Source of the DNA: Convolutriloba macropyga
Lineage: Eukaryota
Assembly (NCBI RefSeq): GCF_964194025.1
Contig: NC_134481.1
Coordinates: 38,440,001 to 38,504,000 of the forward strand
Length of the DNA: 64,000 nucleotides
Direction: 5' to 3'
Positions 37,950-50,398 of this stretch are shown here, in pieces. The notes below the pieces were generated by a model. That model ran no database searches. It saw only the letters and a program-made list of their open reading frames with translations, and was not told the origin of the DNA. Each line of letters starts with the position of its first letter. The first letter of the stretch is position 1. The position numbers and the translations under genes were made by a program.

Positions 37950-39800
37950 ACAACTGCTTACCAAGAACTCACTGGGGATTCAAAGAATGGCATAAAACAT
38001 CATTTTTAAGGACCAAAACGGTCCATGGAACGAAAATATTTGGTGTGGTTGGATCTGGTACATGGGTTTGCCATTTATTGGAATAATAAAAGGCGACGAG
38101 GCACATTAATTAGACTCACGGTCATATTATCTTTAAACGAAATTTCGTCGATTTCAGATTTTGCTGTTGATCAAACCTTTGATTTTAAATGCGATCTTGC
38201 TGTTTACTTCAGATAACTTTGCCTAAGAACACAATTGGAAGAAAACGAGACCAGTATGCGAAGTAAAAAAAACGTCAAGTTAAACTCTACCGACATAGTA
38301 AACTGGTATAAACTTTACAGTAACAAAGTTTAATTATACAGTAACAAAGTTTAAGAAACATCCGGCAGCATTCTGGAAGCCAGTCTAATTTATTAACATC
38401 GTTCAGTTACCCTCTGCAAAAATTATATTTGCTTAGCTTCTGGGCAAAAGACGCCCAAGTCATTATCATTTTCAAAATAGTTCCTGTCGAAAAAAAAAGC
38501 AGAAGAATGATTTAAAAAAGCACAGGTACAAATACGAAACTGACAGGCAGACAAACTATTGCGAAAAATCTTTTATAATAGCATAAATTGACTAATTTCT
38601 GTTAGCATGTCAGCTAATAATATCCAATTAAACTTGTTATAAAAAGCACAGAGGTGCACTCTAGTGCTGATTAATTGTTCTCAATAAAATGAAAGCAATG
38701 AAAGTATAAACCTAAGGAGCAACACGAATTCGCAACTTTTTTCAGAGCAGAACAGCTAATAATCAGAAACCCAGAATATGGGTATAACAAAACAAAGGTT
38801 TCCAAAAAAATAAGCTTTTTTAGGAAAGCAGGGAGCAAAGAACCAACATGAGCATAGAAAGGTTCTGTATTGACCTGAAGCGTTAGCACTCCACCCCTAT
38901 AACAATAAGTCAAACAAAAGGGAAAATAAATCGAAACAAACGCTGATTTTATCAGTCGACACGTTTTGATAGAAAGCAAAAAAAAATTAAAAGGAGCCAA
39001 AATTTTGGCCACCAAAAACCAATAACATTAGGGACAAGTTTTTTCCCTCCAAAAGACACTAAACCATAGGTCAAAAATATTGAGCAATAACAAGTACAAA
39101 AAACAGACGCAAAAAATAGACCTGAATTAAGAGTCAAAGGTTTATCTTGCAGAGATATGAAAAGCTTCCTATGACTTCCGATCATTGCATTACGGTAACC
39201 AAAAATTTGTATACTTTTTTGTAAATGACCAATATAGTAATCATAAAAACACTGACAAAGCTGACCGGACCACTATCAGAGCCTTTGATCTCCAGATTAA
39301 GAAACCGGCTAAGATATCAGACAAATTCTTTGAGGAAAGTCGTATGATAATATGAAACAAGGTTTGAAATAAAACTATCTACATAAAAATTATATTTTTA
39401 TGTGGCCGAAAACCTCATACCAAAAACTTCTGGTCTTGACAGCAGAAAAAACGCTTGTGATCTCTAGCCTTTACAAATAAATAAAGCAAAATATACGAGC
39501 TAAGTACAACAAAAATACAGCTAAATAAGCATTAAGAACTGAAACAACTCCCTGTTTATTTTCAAGACTTGACAACACACCAACACCACACCAAGACTTG
39601 ACAAGTCGTTTGAAGTGGAACTTGCCAGAACTTGGAAAACTTAATAGAATTTTAAATCTTGAAGAGGATGTGGGGAACAAAATCTTTATATGGAAACTAT
39701 TATATGGAACCTCTATACATTGTCTATGCTATTATAAATGTGAAAACTACGAAAAACAGACTGCAAAATTTTGTTATGCTGAAGACATGTTGATGTGAAT
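37950..39800 (+). mobile_element. Highly decayed L1/Tx1-like LINE ORF2 remnant
   Basis: Fragmentary motifs NMGIT (KYLGI-like), KQTLILS and KIFIWKLLYG...KFC (zf-RVT-like); A-rich sense strand. Confidence 0.4.
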
Positions 39801-41223
39801 CCTGGGAAAAACCTGTGCAAACGAACGGCTTCACGTGGAAATTGTGTATAAAGCTTTTTTTCAAAAAATCTAGGATCTGATGAAAGCAACCAATTAAGTA
39901 AATTGCATGAGAACTTATTCTATGCGTGATTGACTCAATTTCATAAGCAATTAAATATTTATATATATACAAATGTATACAAATCTAGAGTCAAATATAG
40001 TACAAAAACATAAATGCACACAAAAAAATTAGTTCAAAGACTCGAGAACACAAGAAAATATTCCACAGAATTTGTAACTTTGAGATTCATTAAACATTTT
40101 CAATTGAGAACATCAATGACTTTCAGAACAATTCATTAACAATTATTTTATGTTAAAATTGTGAAAATAACATGTGATATGTTAGAAAAAAATTATATGA
40201 CAAATGGTCAATTGAGGCCAGTGCCCGAACAAAAACAATTTCCCGCTGAGCAACGATATAACTAGCAAATGTTTTAAGAAATCAGCTATTCGAGAGAAGT
40301 TTATAAAACTCAAAAAAAATCGCTGTCAAATATCTCAACTCTCTAAAAACAAAACAAGGCGCACTCTAAAAGTTCTTCAAAAACTATTCACTGATAGTAG
40401 AAAAGGATAGATTCTATAGAAAAATTTCTCACCATTACCCGGAAATCGCATCATTCTACAACTGTTCAAGTAAAAAATATATATACAAACTCAATCAAAA
40501 TTTGAATACTTAGATTATAAAAAACTATAGAAAAAACGTAATTATAATAGCAAAACAAAAAAGATTGCAGGCAATGTTTACATTAATATACATTTACCTG
40601 CTCGCAGAAAAACTCTGCCAATCAGTTAATTAAAGCCAATAATTTTATCCACTCAATTAAATACCCGTTTTGCAATTTATAAAATTGTTACTCCTTGTCT
40701 TTGCACAGCGTATTTTCAGTACCTTTCTGATTTCCCTAAATTTTTGTATGCGTCAAATGAAAATCGATAAAACTTTGATTGCTTTAAAAAAAATCTCATG
40801 TGATTCAATTTAGTGCTCATTAAGGAGAAACTTATCCGAATTTTCTTATTAGTACTGTTGTTGCTTTTCTTGACCTTCTGCAAGTGTATATGCACTATTC
40901 CGTCAGTGAAAACTGAAGTAAGAAGTCACTGACTCAACGCGGCGCATGAACAAAAAACTTTTCTCACTCAGCAATTTGTGTTCAAAGCGGTGTTCTCTTT
41001 CCCTTTAAGGTCAAAATATCTCATGAGTAAAATTATTTCAGAAGCCAATACCTATCTTCGAGTCATAAAAAACAATGACAACTGCCTCAGCTTTCGCCTC
41101 TCGTCTACCAATTAAGCAACTTCTTACTTCTTTCCGATTTGTGTTTTAACTTCAAAACAACAGAACTCGTAGTAACTGAACTAATTAATTAAATGAACTA
41201 TAACAAATATCAAAATTCAAACA

Positions 41224-44200
41224 TCACAAGTAGAGTTTCAGAAACTTCAAATCAGTTTGATTAACCGACGATTCACTTTCCAGTTTTCGTTTGATAGATT
41301 TAGATTTTGAGGCTTGCAATCTGCGATCATTAACTGTTGGTATAAACTGTTTTGTTAGTGTATAGTATTTAGAGGCAGAGCAAGTGAAAGTCTTCTGCGA
41401 CAAAGTTTCCTTTCCCAATCTTCTACCATAAAATTGATTCAATTCCGTCCTATTGCATCGGAAGATATCTACATTATCCAGCTCCACAACTTGATCACCT
41501 GCACAACTTTCGTCATTCAAAGCGTAGAACAAAGTCTTGAGCCAATTTTGCTCTTCCAGTTCGTCGTAAGCTAGATTTCCACTTTCTGAACGCAAAACTT
41601 TCCAATTAATGTTGCCTGACTTTACGTTCTCTTTGTTGTCCAGGCACCATTGCTGTTTCTGGCACAGCTGGATTTTATCCAAAGATTGAAAATTGGAGAA
41701 GAAAGTGAGACATTGGGATGTCAAATGGTGGTTGCAGCACAGTGATAGATACCTTAGCCTGTCTAAGCATCCTAAAAACACACAACTAAAATTTGTTGAA
41801 ACAAATCATTTTTTTCAAAATTCAGCTTAAAAGAAGTATTTCGAATGCTATTAACCATTTAGTGGCCTGACAAAAACTTAAAACGCCAGAACACTATTCA
41901 CAATTTAGTAGAATATTTCTTTAAAAAATAGAGAATTAAAGTAGAATATTTCTATTGATAACAATCTGCTGATCGGGGCTACTTGGTTCAGACATAGGTT
42001 TGCTCAACCTACCAGATCTAAACAGTCGAAAGAAGTCGCATACAAGTTAAGCGAGTTGGTAAAAAAAGAAAAGAGCAAAAGTGCGCTATTGTTGACGCCA
42101 GTGCAAAGCCAGGAAAGAAAGGTGATTCCCACGAAATGTTGAGGTCTAATCGTCTTAGAAAAAACGACAGCATCGAAATTTTTCACGTTTGAACAATCTG
42201 AAAATTATGGTTACGTGGTTGTAATAAGTTTGGTCATAGGTATACGTGCAGCCCACCAGTTGTCGGACGAAGTTTTACCGTATCATCATCATGTCTTCTT
42301 TTCGTTCAGATACAACAGCTACTTAAACCATGTGAGAAGTAAAACAGGTACATGAACTGCATCTCATGAGGAATCAATCGTTGCTAAATGAGTATAAAAC
42401 AGAAAGTCTTCTTGAGTTGCCGCGAAACTTAATTCATCTGAACGGAAAAAAAACGGCGCGGCCCTGGCTACCAAAACCATCAATACTGCTCGCGGAAAAG
42501 TCATTGTTGCTCGAGAAATCAATGGAATATTAGAAAAGGACAGATGAGAATGTGCTTCAATTAGTGAATTACTGATTGAAACATAAACCGACAAATGTCG
42601 GAAGAATTGCTCTTGAACGACAGGTGATGCGAACCACTGACCTCTCGATCCATGGCCACCCTCACTAACCACTGCGCTACAAGTCAGTTAATTCTGCTAC
42701 GCTGCAACCGATTTTATATTAGCAACTTCGGAGCAATAGAGATCACTCAAAAATGATGAACGAAAGCGTGAAAAAGTCACTTGAGAAGTCAAAGAATGTT
42801 CTAGAAGAAAAGCGCAAAATTGTCAAGCGAAAACTTTGCATAAAAAAGACACACGTTTACAATAATTGCTATGAACTGCGTTCAAGAGCAATTAAAAACC
42901 TACTGCTGTTCTTAAATATTAACTGCATGGCGAGGGGGTCCGCAAGCAATTCAATTAAAACCTGAAGCTAAAATTTGAGAATGGTGCTCTAGCAGTCGTG
43001 AAACTTTCATGGAAAAATCTTTGCAGTGCATTTAATGTCTCCTGTCTGAGAATGGATAACATGATGCAAAGGAATCAAAACACAAGCAGGCAGGCAACAG
43101 TTTGGACAAATCATTAAGATGAGGCTTTCAATAAAACGATAAAAACAGGAGAAGTAGAGAAAAAGAGGAGGCTTTGCTTGAGTCGGACTGGAGAAAAGCA
43201 GAGAAGTTTGGCTCGAAAATAATGGGTTTTGAGAAAAACTAATAGGGCCAATTAAAGGTCTTCACTTTTTCAATTAGCCTAATTGCTGTCATAAACTTAT
43301 TAAACAGTTTCAGAGAATGTCTGATGTCGGCGAACTTGCCAATGGGTTGACTATCCCCAGTGACCAGATGCCAATAATTTCCCAACCTGGTACAGCAAGT
43401 ACTGAGAATGAGCCCCCACTCCCCGATCTGCGTTTTCACGATCAAACACCGTTATCCAAGCCTCGACAACAAAAGACCTCGACTTCTGCTAGGATCTTCT
43501 CCAATTGAGGAAGATAATTCAGACGACGCAAGAATACAAAAGTTTGTTGACGAAGCCATCCAAAAAAAACATCAAGCATGCTGCCAAATATTGTGGCATC
43601 ACTGCAGACAGAAATCAAAGACACTTTATCCAATGCTTTAACGAAAGCCGTGTCAGACATGAAGGCAGAAATAATGGGGGAATTGAGGGAGGATATAGTT
43701 TTCGTTGACAAGAAATCTGAACTGAAGACATTGTGTGAAACAGAACAACTGGAAACCTATAATAGACGCGATAACCTTAAAATTCTTGGAGTCAATGAAC
43801 ACCTGCATGAGGACGGCCACTTAGAAACACCATTAGAAACAATTGAAAAAGTTCTCAACGTTTCGAACATCATTGAATCAAAAGTAACTGCGAACGACAT
43901 CTCCATTGCTCATCGCCTTGGCACGAAAAGTACTGCTCGTCCAATAATAGTCAAGTTTTCGCGACGCATTGCTAAAGTAAACATGCTGACAAGTAAGAAG
44001 AAACTCAAAGACAACCCCCTGGACAACAACGTACGGATCATTGAGGATATCAGTCGATCACGAGTCAAGTTCCTCAATCTAATGCAAACCGATGCCCGAA
44101 ATGCTTCCGCATGGACCAAAGAAGGAACAGTATTCTTCACGGAGCCCAACAGTCAGCAAATCAACAAGTTCAACAACCTCTATGATGGAGGAATCCTACT

Positions 44201-47200
44201 CAATTATAGCTTGGATGATGTTTTGTACTGTTTTCGGAACAACTAACATAAATAATTCAAAAAATGTTACTGCTGCAGTTCCGAATGTGCCTTTAAAAAC
44301 CAAAGTTTCTGTTATGCATCTAAATGTACGATCTCTAAAGCCGCACTATGAGAAACTGGAAGCGTTAATTTTGAGTCTTGAGTCTCCACCAGACGTAATA
44401 TGTCTGACTGAAACTTGGGTAACTGCAAATGAGGATCCAAAATGTTATTTGTTACCGGGATATAGACAGTAGTTCGTTTTTCGAAACCGATAATCAACAG
44501 GTGGAGGAGTAATGATGCAATTACATGAAAATTGCGTGCTACTAGGCGAGAAAGATAGTCCATTTGAAGAGAGCATTTTATCAGACATTTCAATTCATGG
44601 GCATACATACTCCTTTCTGACTCTATACAACAAACCAAGTTCAAATAAACAACTGTTTCTTAATCAATTAGCCCAATTCCTTGAGCAAAACGCTTCTCAT
44701 TCAACTCCTATGATCATATGTGGAGATACTAACATCGATGTTCTCAAAAATAATACACTTATCAAAAACTATCTCAATATAATAACGGCTAATGGTTTTA
44801 ATTGTTTCGCTGATGAACCCACCAGAGAGACAGAAAACACCTCCACCTGCCCGGATCATTTTATTTTCCAAAATATAAATCTGACACGTTTTTCCGTATT
44901 GAAAGAAGAGTATATCTCTGATCATTACCCGGTAATAATAGAATGGGATTCAAGTCAACTCGAAAAGCCCGAGATCTCATTTCGTGACACGTCCTTCTTA
45001 AAAAACAAATCATTAAATGATGAATTTCTTCAAAGACTGGGCGAAAGCCTTAGTGCTTGTAATGAAAAAATTTTCACCGAAGAGGAGCCTGGCTCTGCTT
45101 TCAATAAATTCAAAAACATCTTCAAAAATACTTAAATCTTTTTGCACCTATCAAGAGCTTTAACAAGCCAGCATGTAGAACTCCAAAATGGTTTACCAAC
45201 ACCCTTAAAATTCTGAGAGCAAAAAGAAATCGCGCGCACCTGAAACAAACAAAATCCGCATAACGAAGAATACCTAAAAAAAATTTAGAGAATTACGTGA
45301 CAACTTTGAACCAGCTGTTAAAAAATCTAAAAAGAAGTTTTACTGGGATAAGTTCAAGGCATGTATTGGAGACTCAAGACAAACTTACAAACTTTTAAAT
45401 GATTTACGAGGTTCAAGTAGCGACGCTCAAACTGTCCCTGCTCTCACATCGTGTTTGCTGAGGCAGTCGGAGCCTACCGCTGAGGATATAGCAGATAAGT
45501 TTAACCATTACTTTACATCGATCGCCAAAGACATTAAAGCTGCCCTGCCTGAAACAGCTCTACCAGTCTTACCTTCTGTGGAAAAGTCGATGTTTCTATA
45601 TGAAGTGTCAAATGCTGAAGTTAAACTCATAATTGATCAGCTGGATAACAAATCATCTTCTGCTGATGATAATGTCAACAACTTAATCGTAAAAGCATCT
45701 GCGCCTGTGGTAATTCCTTACCTAACGCATCTGATAAACAAATCGTTCTCACAAGGAATCTTCCCATCAGAACAAACAAAAGCCAAAATCCTCCCATTTC
45801 ATAAAGATGGAGCAAAGACCGATGAATCAAACTATAGCCCAATTTCACTTTTGTTAACCTGGAGCAAAAAATATGAAAGCGCTATGTACAACAGAAAGTA
45901 TCAGTATTTAGAAAAATTTTCACTCCTACATTCCAAACAATTCGACTTCCGATCAAAACATAGTGCAATCGATGCAATTGTTCAATTGACCGAGCGTGCA
46001 AAACTACTTCATGGTAAAAATTATTATAGATTTTTTCTTGACCTTAAGAAAGCTTTTGATACCCTTGATCATTCTATACTTCTTTATAAATTAGAAACCT
46101 ACGGCATCCGTGGCATTTGTCTTAAATGGTTTCGCTCCTACCTAACAAATCGAAAACAGCGCGTTGAAGTTAATGGTGTTTTCTCTGGATGGCGAAACAT
46201 ATCCTGTGTGTCCCCCAGGGCTCTATATTAGGGCCCCTCCTCTTCTTAGTTTATATCAACGACTTACCCCGCTCATGTCCATCAGCCGGGGTGCTTCTTT
46301 CTGCCGACGATACAAACCTAACTGCTATTAACTGCCAAATAAACAACTTACAAAACGATCTTGCTAGTCTCAATAATTGGCTGAATGCCAATAAACTTGT
46401 TCTTAATATGTCTAAAACAGTTCAACTGAACATTAACATTAACGCTTCCAGTTCGTTCTCACTTAATAACTGTGTAGTTCAGGTAAAACCTGTATGCAAG
46501 TAATTGGGCACTTACATTGATAATAAGTTCTCCTTTCAATCGCATATTGATTTTGTTAAAGTGAGACTCGGTAAACAAAGTGGTATTATATCGAAGCTAC
46601 GACACTATGTACCTAGAGCTAACTAACTACTATCGTACAACCGTTGTACCAATAGTTCAGTATGGCCTTTTAGTTTACGGTTGCTGTAGTTATAAATCAT
46701 TAGAACCCTTATATATCCTTCAAAAGAAAATTTTGAAGTTCATTTACTTCCGCAAAAGACGCGAAAACTGTGATATATTTCAAAGCAATTATTTATTAAC
46801 AATATATGAGCTACACCTCTATGAACTTCTCAAATTTGTTCTTATATCGCTTAAACAACAACATTGTCCAACTTTTTAAAACGATTTATTTAAGTTTTCA
46901 GAATCTAACCCAAATACACGCCGTACATCAGCTGGATTATTAGCAGAACCATTCTAAAAAAGACAAATTGACCGATTTTCTGTTAGATATTGTGCGACCA
47001 AACTTTTCAAGACAAATTGACCGATTTTCTGTTAGATATTGTGCAACCAAACTTTTCAACAAGCAAAAAACCTGTGGCGTCATTCCACACATATTAGATC
47101 TGCCCTTTTCAAAAATTTCACATTTGTATGATAATTGGGAAGACATATATATACTACAAAACCGTGAATTGATTAAACATATTTTTGATATTTAGCTTCC

Positions 47201-49213
47201 CAATTTTTTCAATACCTGTGGCTGCATGCTACAGGACCTTCAATTTTGGGCCCTGATTCTAGCCTGAAAGTTTGACCCCTCTAGCTCTTCTAGTTTTCGA
47301 GATATCGCATTTTTTTCATTTTTTGAGAAAAATTTTAAGGACTTAGAAAATTTTTGAAAAAAAAAATCAGATTTTTTTTCTCTCGTTAACAGCAGGCTAT
47401 GCAGTGTGCTTATCAATCGATACATGTGAGCACTCCGCTTTCTGTCAACAAAAAAAATTCTCTCGACCAATTTTGGCATAGCTGACCAATTTTTTTTTCT
47501 TTCATTTTCCTTTAATTGATCAAATTGATATTGCATTAAGCCACCAGGGCATAAGTCTTGTGGACTGTATTGTCCCGTTATCTGTCCTTTCCGGGTCTCA
47601 TTTGATATTTAAATTTATAACTTTGTCATTCATTTAATATATTACTTGAACCCAGATAAATAAATTCTTTCTTTCTTTCACTTGAACAGAAAGGCGATCT
47701 AATTCAGAATCCTGCACGAAATGTAGAAAAACGAACCAAAGTGAATGGAACATTAAAAGCTTATCAAAAGTCAGTGGTCTGTCCAAAAAGATTTTGCCTT
47801 ATTAAAACCGTTAAGAGTGCACGAGGAAACAAAGCTTTTTGGATCAAGTTCCAAAAAGCCAAATTGAAACAGCTTGCAAGAGGTGTTTCATCTCAACATG
47901 TCTAAGAAAAATTGTAAGGAAAAGTAAGGGTAAAAAGTACACTAGGAAAAAACAACAGTAGGAAACAGATGACAATAAATCGAATGTTCTCATGTAGTGT
48001 AAATAAAAAGTGAAAAAATGGAGAATGTTGATTTTTAACATACCTTAGAAAGTTTTTCAGTTCTCAGGAATATTGTAGACTGTGGAGGGCAGATAACGTT
48101 TTGCGGACTATAGCATATACAGTACAACAATAGCTACAAACATTGACCTTGCGCAAAAGTTTGGAGACAAATCTTGAAAAGCGTACATCATCATACATTC
48201 AAAGGGCTCGAGCAACGCAGTATTATTGAAAACAAAAATAACAAATTTGACATTTTGAATTTGAAAAGGCGGATGAAATGATTTTGTCACATTGGAAGAA
48301 TGAACTGCAAGTCTTCCAGCAAAAAACTAATTGCAATCCTATCAGACAAATTACTTAACCAGAAAAGCTGTCGGAGGAAAACGAAGACATGGCTGCAATA
48401 ACTCCGACAACGCATACAGTATAGAAAGCCGAAAGACACTTAAGAGAATTTAATTTCATTTGAGAGCAATTATAAATATTCGCGTGTCGAAAATTAGCCT
48501 GATGCATTTAATTTGCAGCTGTTTATAATCTTGTATCCATTAATAAAGCAGTACAAATTAAAAAATATCCAATTATAATACCCGTAGCTGAAAATTGACG
48601 TACCAGATGGTATTTATGGATATTTGACAATCTTCACACTTAAAGGAAAGTTTTCAGCTAGTTGAGCTATAAAAAGGGATATAAAAAGGCGACAAATTTA
48701 CGAAGTTAAAATTACGATAAACGTACCTTTGTACATTCGCTGACGGCTTGTCATTATTCTGAGATCTTCATTATGCAAATAACAACCATCCAATTGCAAT
48801 ACCTCCAATAAACAAAAGTCACTTCCGATTTTCAGCAAATTATCTTTGCTCAGATCCAACCCTGATAGTGATAATTTAGTTATTTGGCTGAACACATGTG
48901 AGGGATAGCTGAAAAATGTTTTGAATAAACTTGTTTGACTTTTAGTCAGCCTGATTTCTGATAGCAATTGAGGACAAGCTTCAACAGCTAAATATGCATA
49001 TTTCCTTTTCATATCTTCGCTTAGCTGTTCACTCGTAAATATTTCTTCAACTATCATTTCGGGCAGTCCATAAAATGAGTACACCAGGTGTAAATTTGAA
49101 AGAATGAAATCGAAAATTATCACTCGCAGCATCTTTGGTTGGTGACCTTTTGGTACACAAGATTGACTTAAAATTTGAGAAAAATCGCGATTTGAATCGG
49201 GTTTCCACTTCAT
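41224..49213 (-). CDS. LRRC42: Leucine-rich repeat-containing protein 42; exons 49213-48727 and 41771-41224 (344 aa), intron 48726-41772
   Basis: Donor AAAG|GTACGT and acceptor TTTTTAG|GA join in phase to give [29 protein letters not shown]. This matches the recalled LRRC42 pattern (RKMTAPVRVMKRGLENL..LDLSCN). [20 protein letters not shown] and QFYGRR also match. Confidence 0.82.
42575..42905 (-). repeat. Dispersed repeat with an embedded tRNA-like segment (copy 2; tRNA-like part 42685-42614)
   Basis: Minus strand GACTTGTAGCGCAGTGGTTAGTGAGGGTGGCCATGGATCGAGAGGTCAGTGGTTCGCATCACC has A and B boxes but a poor acceptor stem. Confidence 0.7.
43317..44246 (+). pseudogene. LINE ORF1 (coiled coil + RRM + C-terminal domain), frameshifted near the N-terminus
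   Basis: ORF pieces 43317-43508, 43408-43641 and 43578-44246. Confidence 0.85.
44215..47195 (+). pseudogene. LINE ORF2 (APE-RT) with stops, frameshifts and a 49-bp internal tandem duplication (46961-47058)
   Basis: Collinear fragments 44092-44472, 44512-45135, 45455-46231, 46189-46503, 46580-46879 and 46968-47195. Confidence 0.9.
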
Positions 49214-49471
49214 TTCAACCTAGAACAATCACTCTGAATTCGAACTTTTTTATCGAATTTAGCAAAATTCATTGCTCAATTTATATCAAGTTTTGATATA
49301 AATAATAATAAAGTTCTGATTAACATTTAAGCAGTGAACAAGTATTTGAAAAAGTTTCTTTAATTTGAACTATATTAATCAAATCAATTTAATTATTAAC
49401 TACGGCAATATGGTACCTACAACTTATTCATATAATCTACCACTTTACTCATTTCTACGACCATTTTGTTA

Positions 49472-50398
49472 TTACTTTTTGCGTTTCTTCGTAGATCTGA
49501 GAGAAACGCCTGTTCCTTGAAATGGTTTGAAATCAGGAACATCGCTTTCATCGTTTTTGTTCTTTTCTTCAGCGCCTGTACTCGTCTTGCTTCTTATAAA
49601 ATTTATTTTGCCCGGCTTGTAATCGTAATTTGGAATTCCACGTTCAATCACTTTTGAGGGATCCAGTAATTTTGGATTAGCTTCCGTGTTTTTCTTTTCC
49701 CCGTCCAACCGATTTCCTCTTCCTTGGAATGCATGGAAAAGTTTTGCTTGTTCCGCTTTCTTAATAGCGTCAATCCTTTCTTGTTCATTGAGCTGTTCCT
49801 TCTGTTCACGTGTTAGCACTTCCGGTTCTTTGTAGCCAACCGGTTTTTCAAATTCGACGTTCATATCGCACTTAATAATCGAAACAGCTGGCGGTGGCTC
49901 AACTGCTACAACTAGCAACTCATAAACTCGATCATTATAATGAATTGCAATAACATCATTGCAAGTCAGACAAGCAAAATTTCTCAAACTGTTTTCAAGA
50001 ACTGCCTTTGGATTAGTTATGTCCAAGAAATCGGCACTTTGCGGCTGGAACTTCCCAAATGTTGCAGAAGGAAGCGAAACAGATTCAATATCTACAAGTT
50101 CACCCTCCTCTAGAAGCAAATTTTTCATCATCCAGTACGGAATGTAGCATTTTCCTTCTTCCGCGATAAACTCTAACACGCCACAATTTGTTACTCGACT
50201 TTTTCTTTTGTTCTGCAGTTTAAAAAGCATCGGGTAGTCAATATTCAAGCGTGACAGAAGCTCCAAAGCAGTTGGAGGCAGAATAATTTTGCCACCCTCT
50301 TCAACTTCCGGTCTCTCGCTTCCTGGCATCATCGACACGGAAAAGCATTTGTACTGTGTTTTGAATGTTCTTCCAAGGGCAGGATAAAAATGAAACAT
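49472..50398 (-). CDS. UFD1: Ubiquitin fusion degradation protein 1 (p97/Cdc48 cofactor), intronless CDS, 308 aa from the ATG at 50398
   Basis: GGKIILPPTALELLSRLNIDYPMLFKL, CGVLEFIAEEG, PYWMM, QPQSADFLDITNPKAVLENSLRNFACLT, and two SHP-like boxes (FQGRGNRL, FQGTGVSL). Confidence 0.97.
   Translation of the reverse strand: MFHFYPALGRTFKTQYKCFSVSMMPGSERPEVEEGGKIILPPTALELLSRLNIDYPMLFKLQNKRKSRVTNCGVLEFIAEEGKCYIPYWMMKNLLLEEGELVDIESVSLPSATFGKFQPQSADFLDITNPKAVLENSLRNFACLTCNDVIAIHYNDRVYELLVVAVEPPPAVSIIKCDMNVEFEKPVGYKEPEVLTREQKEQLNEQERIDAIKKAEQAKLFHAFQGRGNRLDGEKKNTEANPKLLDPSKVIERGIPNYDYKPGKINFIRSKTSTGAEEKNKNDESDVPDFKPFQGTGVSLRSTKKRKK

Larger units (their letters stand above)
43230..47680 (+). mobile_element. 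CR1/L2-like LINE, near full length, disrupted, antisense within the LRRC42 intron
   Basis: ORF1 ([28 protein letters not shown]), APE (HLNVRSL, CLTETW, GDTNID, SDHYPV), RT ([36 protein letters not shown]), 3' stem-loop and AATAAA+(TTTC)n tail at 47660-47679. The 5' end is approximate. Confidence 0.93.

Noticed and set aside
42614-42685. Functional tRNA gene
   Set aside because: A and B boxes are present but the acceptor and anticodon stems pair poorly, and it is embedded in a dispersed repeat.
47844-48480. Additional internal LRRC42 exons
   Set aside because: Exons 49213-48727 and 41771-41224 already join in phase with continuous homology.
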